A program made the position numbers and the translations under genes. Below, piece after piece: positions 56,530-64,000 of a stretch of 64,000 nt of DNA. A model generated the notes under the pieces. That model was not told the origin of the DNA, did no database searches, and saw only the letters and a list, made by a program, of their open reading frames with translations. Where the stretch lies: contig JAYOYH010000004.1 of assembly GCA_038153405.1 (NCBI GenBank), positions 1 to 64,000 on the forward strand, in the 5' to 3' direction. The stretch comes from Gemmatimonadota bacterium (GTDB taxonomy: Bacteria > Latescibacterota > UBA2968 > UBA8231). The stretch's first letter is position 1; every line of letters begins with the position of its first letter.

Positions 56530-57112
56530 GTTCGCTCTCTCCATCGCGCTAGTGCTGCTAACCGCAACGGCGCAGGCCGGCGAGTGGCACGTCGATGCCG
56601 AGCACGCTGACAACCGGGTCCTCTTCACTTCCGAAGTAGTGGCCCTCAGCTTTGATGGGGTCACGCGCAAGATAGACGGCTATACCTACTGGGAGGGCGA
56701 GGCCCTCTTTGAGCAAAAGAGCCAGTTTTTCTTTGAAGTCGACATGGCCTCTTTCGACACGGGGATTGGCAAGCGCGATCGCGATATGCGCGAAGTCCTC
56801 GGCACCCGAAAGTGGCCTAAGGCCCATTTCGAAGGCGCCATCGCAACGGTCGCCCCCGACACCAGTGCTCCTCATAGCTACACGGCCTTAGCCAAGGGCA
56901 TTTTTTCGCTGCACGGCGTCAAGCGCCCCGTCGAAATGCCCGTGGCCATCACCGTCGGCGATACCCATTCCACAATAGCCGCCGACTTTGCCATTCGCCT
57001 GCAGGACTACGGCATCGAAGCACCCAGCCTGGCCGCCTTTATCAAAGTGAGCGAAATGGTCGACGTTTCCGTGCACTTCCGCATGCGGCACATCGCACAG
57101 AAGAAAGAGTGA
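56522..57112 (+). CDS. YceI family lipid/polyisoprenoid-binding protein
   Basis: Signal peptide; DTG...RD..M, P.A.F, G..SLHGV, DYGI. Confidence 0.9.
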   Translation: MIRFALSIALVLLTATAQAGEWHVDAEHADNRVLFTSEVVALSFDGVTRKIDGYTYWEGEALFEQKSQFFFEVDMASFDTGIGKRDRDMREVLGTRKWPKAHFEGAIATVAPDTSAPHSYTALAKGIFSLHGVKRPVEMPVAITVGDTHSTIAADFAIRLQDYGIEAPSLAAFIKVSEMVDVSVHFRMRHIAQKKE

Positions 57113-57116
57113 GAAC

Positions 57117-57995
57117 ATGTTCCGCAACGCCCTGATCACCGTCCTCCTATGCCCCCTTACCGCGTTGGCACAGCCCACGTGGAAGCGCGATACTGCACCG
57201 GTACCAGCCCCCCCCGTCGAAGTATTTCGCGCCGTTATGACGGCCAATTTACCGACGGCCACCACGCTCTACAGAGGCGACTGGCACTACGAAATTTCGC
57301 ATCGCTTTCATCCGACCATCGGCGACGGCTATGACGCCCATTTCGGCCTCGACGGACCGGCCAGCATGCGCATGGCTTTTGGCTATGGACTGAGCGATAA
57401 GTCGATGGTTACGCTGGGCCGCAGCAACGTGCTGGACAACCTAGACCTGCAGCTCAAACGCCGGCTGTGGGCCGCCGAGCACGCGTCGATGGCCAGCGCG
57501 CTAGCGCTGCAAATCGGCCTGGCGTGGAATACCGATATGAGCGCCATTCGCCCGTTTTCCGCGCGCAGTCGCAGCGACGGGGCCAACGTTCAGTACTGGG
57601 CACAGTTGGCCTACAATGCCCGATTACTCGACGGCAAATTGGCCGTGGGCATCGTGCCATCTTACCTCTATAACAGCGCCATCTTTAGCGTCGAGCCGCA
57701 GCACACCATCACGCTAGGCACGTACTATCAGATCTACTTTAACGATATGTGGGGCCTCTGGCTCGAATACAGCCCCGCGCTATCGGGCTACCAGGGCGTT
57801 CTGCTGCCCGGAGAAACCGACCGTTCGCACAACCCGCTGGCGTGGGGAATTTCCATCGAGACGGGCGGCCACGTATTTTACTTTTTCGCCACCAACAATA
57901 CGCGCCTCAATACGGCGCAGTATCTGGTCGGTGCACCCCATTCGTCGGGCCCGTCCAATTGGCGCCTCGGCTTTGCGATTACGCGCTATCTGTAG
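57117..57995 (+). CDS. DUF5777-type outer-membrane beta-barrel
   Basis: Signal peptide; ISHRF, FGLD, YGLSD..TLGRS, IETGGHVF...TN, RLGF.ITR. Confidence 0.82.
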   Translation: MFRNALITVLLCPLTALAQPTWKRDTAPVPAPPVEVFRAVMTANLPTATTLYRGDWHYEISHRFHPTIGDGYDAHFGLDGPASMRMAFGYGLSDKSMVTLGRSNVLDNLDLQLKRRLWAAEHASMASALALQIGLAWNTDMSAIRPFSARSRSDGANVQYWAQLAYNARLLDGKLAVGIVPSYLYNSAIFSVEPQHTITLGTYYQIYFNDMWGLWLEYSPALSGYQGVLLPGETDRSHNPLAWGISIETGGHVFYFFATNNTRLNTAQYLVGAPHSSGPSNWRLGFAITRYL

Positions 57996-58034
57996 GGCCG
58001 TCCCGCATAGAAGAGAGAGAAGAGAGAGCGGCAT

Positions 58035-58787
58035 ATGTTCAGGGAAGAAATGAAGGCGTTCTATGAAGCCAACGGCTATCTCGTAGTCAACGACGTCTTT
58101 AGCGCAGGCGAATTGGAGGCCATCCGCGCGCAGATTGACGCCCTGCTGGCCGATGCCGACCATCCGCCGGACGGCGTCACGATCGGCCGCGAGGGCAATA
58201 CGACCGCCGACCGCACCAGCGCGGACGCGCGCAACGACGCCATCCGCGGTGCCGCCTTCCTCGTGCGCTTTATCCCCTTTTTTCAGGGCGTGGCGCGCCA
58301 GCAAAACCTGCTGTCCTGCGCGCGGGGCCTGCTGGGCCCGCGCGTCAAAGTGTTCCGCGACCAGGCCTTGTTTAAACCGCCGGGCGGCCAGGCCAAACCG
58401 CTACACCAAGACCAGAGCTATTTCCGCGTCGAGCCCATCGACGATCTGGCCACCGCGTGGATCGCCCTTGACGACGCCACGCTCGACAACGGCTGCATGC
58501 ACTACGTGCCCGGTTCGCACCGGCACGGTATCTTTGCCGTCGATGCCGATCCAGAACGTCCAGTCCACCACGTGCCGCGCACCGGCGACCTCGACTTGCC
58601 GTCACCCGTAGCCTGCCCGGTGCCTGCCGGATCGGTGATCTTCCACCACGGCTGTGCGCTGCACGCCAGCGCCGCCAACCACAGCGACACCTGGCGCCGA
58701 GCCATTATATTCCACTACGCCACGACCGACGCGCGCTCGCAGAACGAGTCGCTCAACGAGCAGATCTCACTGGAGATTGACGTCTAA
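58035..58787 (+). CDS. PhyH-family Fe(II)/2OG dioxygenase
   Basis: FY.ANGYL, KPP, LHQD, WIALDDAT.DNGCM.YVPGSH, LHASAAN.S..WRR. Confidence 0.92.
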   Translation: MFREEMKAFYEANGYLVVNDVFSAGELEAIRAQIDALLADADHPPDGVTIGREGNTTADRTSADARNDAIRGAAFLVRFIPFFQGVARQQNLLSCARGLLGPRVKVFRDQALFKPPGGQAKPLHQDQSYFRVEPIDDLATAWIALDDATLDNGCMHYVPGSHRHGIFAVDADPERPVHHVPRTGDLDLPSPVACPVPAGSVIFHHGCALHASAANHSDTWRRAIIFHYATTDARSQNESLNEQISLEIDV

Positions 58788-59732
58788 AGGCCAGCGCCTT
58801 GCGCGCCCCGCCTGCATCGCCTCGGCCACTTCCACCGCCCGCAGACCATCGCGCAGCGTCGGCCACCAGCCGCCCTCGCGCAGGTAGCGCAGAAAGGCGC
58901 GCGTCTCATCGAGCGCACCGTTTCTTTCCCACTCCGGCACCGCCTCATCGGCCGACCAAGCCTCCACCGTCTCGCCCCGATCGGCAATGGTCAGCGCACA
59001 GCGCCCCACGTCGACGTCTATGCTATAGTCCTCGCCGACAATTTCCATTCGCTCGCTGACCGTACCGCTGGTCGGCGCCACGACAAAGGTGGCCGCCCCG
59101 CCTGCAAAGCGCACGCGCGCGTCGAAGAAGGGCGTGCCGCGCGCGCCCACGGCAACGGTTTCGACGACCATCTCGAGCGGCGGTCCCATCACGGCCAGCA
59201 CGTTGTCGATCGCGTGAATAGCCGTGCCAGGGGCAAAGCGCTCGTCGTAGCGGGCGTGCCGCAGCATGCGCGATGCAACGAGCAGCGGGGGCCGTTCGGC
59301 GTTTTGCGCCATCCAAGCGCGTGCCCGGGCAAAGGCCGGACCAAAGCGCCGATTAAACGAAACCATATGCGGCGCGTTCAGCGCATCGGCCAGATCGGCC
59401 AGACGGCGCGCCTGCACCTGGTCGGATCCGGGCGGTTTTTCCACTACCAGCGGTATTGCGCGACGCATGATCTTTTCGGCGACGGCCTCGGTGTGCTCAA
59501 TGGGCGTAACGGCGACGATGCCGTCGGGCCGTTCACATTCGATCATTTCGTCGAGGTCTTTATAAGCGCGCGCAAAACCAAAGTCGGCCGCATAGCGCTC
59601 GGCCCGATCGCGCTGCAGATCGCATACGGCCACCAGCGCCAGAGAAGCGCCCATTTCCTCTTTGCAGCGCCTGAGAGCGGGCCCGTGATTGGTGCGCGAG
59701 TGGGCGCCGGCGCCGACGACGGCAACCTTCAT
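58767..59732 (-). CDS. Gfo/Idh/MocA oxidoreductase
   Basis: VVGAG, VEKP, FNRRF, IHAID. GAGGAG RBS. Confidence 0.88.
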   Translation of the reverse strand: MKVAVVGAGAHSRTNHGPALRRCKEEMGASLALVAVCDLQRDRAERYAADFGFARAYKDLDEMIECERPDGIVAVTPIEHTEAVAEKIMRRAIPLVVEKPPGSDQVQARRLADLADALNAPHMVSFNRRFGPAFARARAWMAQNAERPPLLVASRMLRHARYDERFAPGTAIHAIDNVLAVMGPPLEMVVETVAVGARGTPFFDARVRFAGGAATFVVAPTSGTVSERMEIVGEDYSIDVDVGRCALTIADRGETVEAWSADEAVPEWERNGALDETRAFLRYLREGGWWPTLRDGLRAVEVAEAMQAGRARRWPLDVNLQ

Positions 59733-59742
59733 CTGCTCCTCC

Positions 59743-60720
59743 TCACGCGGCAAAATCGGCATCGATGACTGCCTGCAGGCGCGCCAGCGCGGCCTCGGGC
59801 AACGGTCCGCGCTCCACCGCCGCAAGCGCCTGTTCGAGATGCTCTAACTCGGCCATGCCGACGACCACGCCCGACACGCCGGGATTGCTCAGCGCAAAGC
59901 GCACGGCCACCTGCGCGCGCGGCCCCTCTCCAGTCCCCACCGCCGCCAAGAGTTGGGCCGCTTTGCGTTCGTTTGACTCGACGTCGGCGTTGGGAATAAT
60001 CTCGCCCTCGCGCCCGTGCCGCACGTCGGTTGCCAATACGCCAGCGGCCAGCGCGCGGATCACCAGCACGCCAACGCGCTCGGCGCGACAGGTCTCAATC
60101 AGATTGCCAAAGTCGTGTGCCGACCACTGCGTCGGAACCGCACAGCCAGCGCTCGGGTTAATCATATTGTAATACACCTGTGCCGACTCGTAGAAACCGC
60201 TCTTGACGACCGCGTGCAAGGCCGCCCTCTCGCCGTTAGCAGTAAAGCCGATGTGGCGGGTAAGGCCGGCACCGCGCACGCGCTCCAACCCCTCGCGCAC
60301 CGGCCCCAGCATATCGTCCACGCTCAGACCATTGCCCTGTCCGCGCCGCTCAAAGACCAAGTTGTGCACCTGCAGCAGGTCTACCGAGTCCATCTGCAAA
60401 CGGGACAAGCTCTCGCGCACGCTCCGCTCTACCTGACCGGCCAAGTCATCCACCGTCGGGTCGAGCAGCGCTTTGGTCGCAACGTAGGGGCGTTCGGCAG
60501 CCGGTATTTCGCCCAACAGCCAGCCAATGGACTCTTCCGAGGCACCCTGCCCGTACATCGGCGCCGTGTCGATCCAGTTGATGCCCGCTTCCAGCGCACG
60601 CGCCACGGCGCGCCGGCGGGTGTCGTCGTCGCCGCGTATCAGCAAACCGCCTACGGCGCCGCCGCCAAAGACGATCTCCGAAACGCGCAGTCCCGTCTTA
60701 CCCAACGTGCGATAGTTCAT
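59743..60720 (-). CDS. Aldo/keto reductase
   Basis: YRTLGKTGLRVS, DTAPMYG.G.SEE, ATK, SL.RL..D.VDLLQVH. Confidence 0.92.
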   Translation of the reverse strand: MNYRTLGKTGLRVSEIVFGGGAVGGLLIRGDDDTRRRAVARALEAGINWIDTAPMYGQGASEESIGWLLGEIPAAERPYVATKALLDPTVDDLAGQVERSVRESLSRLQMDSVDLLQVHNLVFERRGQGNGLSVDDMLGPVREGLERVRGAGLTRHIGFTANGERAALHAVVKSGFYESAQVYYNMINPSAGCAVPTQWSAHDFGNLIETCRAERVGVLVIRALAAGVLATDVRHGREGEIIPNADVESNERKAAQLLAAVGTGEGPRAQVAVRFALSNPGVSGVVVGMAELEHLEQALAAVERGPLPEAALARLQAVIDADFAA

Positions 60721-60731
60721 ATGCGCTCCTC

Positions 60732-62672
60732 TCAGCCCATAAACGAGCCCAGTGCATTGCCGTTCATACCCGTGAAATAGTCGATGATTAACCAAAAACC
60801 CGCCGGCACAATTTCGCCGAGAATCATGCCGAGAAAAAACGGCACCGTGTTGCGATAGAGCTGCGGTCCGCCGTATTTGAGCACGTATCCCTTGAGCAAA
60901 TAGGCGATCAATACGCTGAACCACATGCCGCCAAAGGCCGCGCTGATGGGAAAGCCCAGCGGGTGGAAGGGCCACCAAAAAAAGCGATAGTGCATCAGCT
61001 CCAGCGCCGCCATAATGGCCGCGCCCACACCCACCTGAATCCAGCCGTCCCAGTGCGGTCCCTGCGGATAGGAGACGACGATATCCATAAAGCGATAGGG
61101 ATATTGCGCCGCATTGTCGGCATAGAATGGATTGAGATTAATCGCCCCGTGCTGGTAGGCCACTTCGAGCCGTATCCACAGCGCCGAGCAAATGGATAGG
61201 GCGATGGTCGCCATAATCGCCCAGAATAGCCGCCGCTTAGCGTGCAGAAACTCGTCGGCCAATTTCAGGCCGTTGCTGCAGGAGGTCATCAGCAGCACCA
61301 ACACATCCGTGCCCCAAACATAGGTGGTCGTCAGCGCCGCAGCACCCTTGGCCCCCAGCGCCGTAGTGCCTAGCGCGGCGCTGGTAAAGTCGGGGCCGGT
61401 AATCGGCGGGAACATCACCGCTACGCCGCCTTCGACGACCACGCGCGTAATCGTGAGAAAGAGCGCAAAGCAGATAAAGAGTAAAAAGGGCACGACCCAC
61501 GGCGGCAACCCCGCTATCCACAGCCAGGTGCCCATGGCGACCGTGCCCAGCAGCAGCGAAAACACGGCAGCGCGGTAGGACATCATCTCGTCGCTGTCGT
61601 CGACGCGCTCGTCGCCGATAAATGCCTTGCGCAGCACGTCGGCCAAATGGGCGCGCGCGTTCCACAGGCCCGCCAGCACCAATACCAACATGCCTCCCAT
61701 CGCCTGGTAGATGATAATCGGCTGGGCATAGTGGCCAAAAGCGCCGACCGGACCGGCGTCGATTTTAATCCCCACCATGCGAAAATAGCCCTGCTCGCAC
61801 ACATTGAGCAGATAGAAAAACACCAGTCCGGCAGCGATGTTGCGGTTGATCAAATAGGAGAAGCCCAGCATGGTAAAGCTCAGGCCAAAGCCGATGGTCA
61901 CCGAGTTGCGAAAGAGCGCTACGGAGCCAAAGCTGGTCGAAATGCTGGGAAAGAATTCGTAATAGCTATGCAGCGCGTTGGCGTTGACGATCATGCAGGG
62001 CAGCAAAAAACCAAGCCACATCGCCCACGAGCGGAAAAAGGGCTTGCGGCCTGCCGCATCTTCGCGCAGCATGTGCTGCGGCAGCTGCATCATGGGGTAT
62101 ACCAAGCGCTCGCGCTCGACCCACTGGCGCCGCAGGATAACGGAGATGGCAATCATCACCAAATACATCGCCAAACCGAAAAGCAGCCAGGAGGCCAGCG
62201 GCGCAAACCATATGTCCCATGGCACGCCCATGCCACCCTCTGCTCCCTCGTAGTAGTGACGCACGGCGGCTTCGTCCTGCACCGTTGCCCAATCCGGCAA
62301 GTACGGCCACACCTGCTCTTTCCAATTGTTCTCTGGCGTCGCGTAGTAAAAAGCCCCGGTGGCCACAGCCGGTACGTAGGCGGCAAATCCGCGCGCTGGC
62401 AGCGTATTGGCGATCAGCAGCATGATGTAGATTACCGCCAGTTCACCCGGATCGAGCGCCCACGGCCGATGCACGGCACCGACCAGCCCATTGGCGATAG
62501 CCACGACGACAAAGAACAGAAAAATGGAACCCGGATTGGTATTCCACACCCCCATCTGCGAGCCCTTGATGATCATATCACCCCAGGGAATCGCGATGCT
62601 CATAAAAGCCACCAGCGCCAAACCAATGGAGATCGCGCGCAGCGAACAGCCTCTATATACTTTATTGCCCAT
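60732..62672 (-). CDS. DUF6785/DUF6784-type polytopic membrane protein (paralog of 31183-33339)
   Basis: YYATPENNW, ILRRQWVERERLVYP, RVVVEGG, WWPFHPLGF, KYGG...FFLGMILGE. Confidence 0.8.
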   Translation of the reverse strand: MGNKVYRGCSLRAISIGLALVAFMSIAIPWGDMIIKGSQMGVWNTNPGSIFLFFVVVAIANGLVGAVHRPWALDPGELAVIYIMLLIANTLPARGFAAYVPAVATGAFYYATPENNWKEQVWPYLPDWATVQDEAAVRHYYEGAEGGMGVPWDIWFAPLASWLLFGLAMYLVMIAISVILRRQWVERERLVYPMMQLPQHMLREDAAGRKPFFRSWAMWLGFLLPCMIVNANALHSYYEFFPSISTSFGSVALFRNSVTIGFGLSFTMLGFSYLINRNIAAGLVFFYLLNVCEQGYFRMVGIKIDAGPVGAFGHYAQPIIIYQAMGGMLVLVLAGLWNARAHLADVLRKAFIGDERVDDSDEMMSYRAAVFSLLLGTVAMGTWLWIAGLPPWVVPFLLFICFALFLTITRVVVEGGVAVMFPPITGPDFTSAALGTTALGAKGAAALTTTYVWGTDVLVLLMTSCSNGLKLADEFLHAKRRLFWAIMATIALSICSALWIRLEVAYQHGAINLNPFYADNAAQYPYRFMDIVVSYPQGPHWDGWIQVGVGAAIMAALELMHYRFFWWPFHPLGFPISAAFGGMWFSVLIAYLLKGYVLKYGGPQLYRNTVPFFLGMILGEIVPAGFWLIIDYFTGMNGNALGSFMG

Positions 62673-62883
62673 TAGACCTTTCCAATTAACAGATGGGGTA
62701 ATCTAAGCCAAATGGCGCGCCTTTCCCACCGCAGGCTTGGCGCAGCAAGCCGGTCGTTGCTGAGCGAGCGCAAACAGGCTACCTTGTACTGCCTGAAACA
62801 GCAGACGCTCTGGCCTCCACAATCGCGTAACTCCGTGCTCATACTGGCGGCCTGAGCGCACACTCTACCAAACGCAGAGCGCT

Positions 62884-64000
62884 ATGAAACACGAAGGAAA
62901 AAAGATACTCGCCGTAGACGATCAGCCAGAAAACCTCGGCTTGCTCAACCGCATACTCGAAATGGCCCTGTTCAGCGTGCGCACGGCCACCAGCGGCCAA
63001 GCGGCCCTGCAGGCGGCGCGCGCCGATATACCCGATCTGGTCCTGATGGACATTTCCATGCCCAGCATGGACGGCTTTGAGGTGTGCAAAAAACTCAAAG
63101 CCGACCCCAAAACCCAGGGCGTCCCGGTTATTTTCCTCACCGGTCGCAGCGATACGGAATACTTGGTAAAGGGGTTTGAACTCGGTGCCGTCGACTATAT
63201 CACCAAGCCGTTTAACAACACCGAATTGCTGCATCGCATCAACACCCACCTCGAGCTGTCTCAGCTGCGCAAGGGCTTGGAAAGCCAGGTCGCCGAGCAG
63301 AGCGACGAAATCAGCGCGGCCAACTCTAGAATGGAAGAGGCCAACCGCATCTTTAGCGCCTTCGTGCCGCAGACGTTCATCAACCTGCTGGAACGCGAGG
63401 ATATTCTCGATATAAAGCTCGGCGATCACGCGGAGATGGAAATGGCCATTCTCTTTGCCGACATCGTTCAGTTTACCGATCTAGCGGCTAAGATGGGACC
63501 GGAAGCCAGCTTTCGCTTTATCAATGCCTATCTCAGTTGGATCAGCCCGATCATACGCATGAACAAGGGACTGATCGACAAATACGCCGGCGACACCATC
63601 ATGGCCATCTTTCCCGATTCCGTCGGCGATGCCCTGCAGTCGGCCGTGGAAATGCAGCAGGCGATGCAGCGCTTTAACGAACAATTTATTGCCGCCGGCA
63701 TCCCGCCCATCCGCATCGGCATTGGCGTGCATTGGGGCAAGCTGATGCTGGGGATCGTCGGCGAGGCAGAGCGCATGGCGACCAATGTCATCTCCGATGC
63801 CGTCAACGTCGCCGCACGGCTCGAACGCCTGACGCGGCGCTATGACGTGGGTATCGTCACCAGCGGCGTCGCGCTCGAACACCTGGACGACGACCATCCT
63901 TATAGCGCACGCCTCATCGACCGAATCAAGGTAAAAGGACGGAGAGAAACGACGAACGTATACGAGATATACGACGGCGACAGCGCCGAACGAAAAGCGC
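62884..64000 (+). CDS. Receiver domain plus class III adenylate cyclase; 3'-truncated, absent from the ORF track
   Basis: Read by hand from ATG 62884: ILAVDDQPEN, MDISMP, FLT, TKPF; then LFADIVQFT, DKYAGD, IGIGVH.G, T.VISDAVNVAARLE, VKGR. Confidence 0.9.
   Translation, partial: MKHEGKKILAVDDQPENLGLLNRILEMALFSVRTATSGQAALQAARADIPDLVLMDISMPSMDGFEVCKKLKADPKTQGVPVIFLTGRSDTEYLVKGFELGAVDYITKPFNNTELLHRINTHLELSQLRKGLESQVAEQSDEISAANSRMEEANRIFSAFVPQTFINLLEREDILDIKLGDHAEMEMAILFADIVQFTDLAAKMGPEASFRFINAYLSWISPIIRMNKGLIDKYAGDTIMAIFPDSVGDALQSAVEMQQAMQRFNEQFIAAGIPPIRIGIGVHWGKLMLGIVGEAERMATNVISDAVNVAARLERLTRRYDVGIVTSGVALEHLDDDHPYSARLIDRIKVKGRRETTNVYEIYDGDSAERKA

Noticed and set aside
62765..62820. c-di-GMP-I riboswitch-like words (GCAAAC, GAAA, GACGC) upstream of the cyclase
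   Set aside because: The spacing is wrong, and the GACGCAAAG and P3 elements are missing.
1..64000. tRNA, rRNA, CRISPR arrays, transposases, integrases, defence systems
   Set aside because: None recognised in the ORFs or intergenic regions by eye; tRNAscan-SE, Rfam and DefenseFinder would confirm.

Overview
GC-rich, gene-dense bacterial chromosome segment with about 58 CDS. I saw no rRNA, tRNA, CRISPR array, transposase or prophage. Content is mostly heterotrophic uptake and catabolism: a Dpp/Opp-type ABC operon, a sugar ABC transporter, four PhyH-family Fe/2OG oxygenases, three aldo/keto reductases, three Gfo/Idh/MocA oxidoreductases, a sulfatase/UxuA/Zn-ADH/KduD operon, glycan-active proteins and two DUF6785/DUF6784-type polytopic membrane proteins. 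There are also scattered signalling genes (CheV, a HisKA_2 kinase, a REC-adenylate cyclase). This paralog profile suggests an uncultured Latescibacterota/Poribacteria-like lineage (inference only). Main leads: (1) an unannotated 42-aa membrane peptide with its own promoter and terminator that aligns without gaps to the last helix of both DUF6785/6784 proteins; (2) a 94-aa orphan gene whose promoter carries two TGCAC-N4-GTGCA-type boxes resembling the Fibrobacter-type LexA site; (3) a PhyH paralog with a halogenase-type HxA motif; (4) an M28/DUF4910-AAC(3) fusion; (5) a CX4CH lipoprotein cytochrome-YceI-DUF5777 barrel triad. All family calls come from motif recognition by eye, with no database search.
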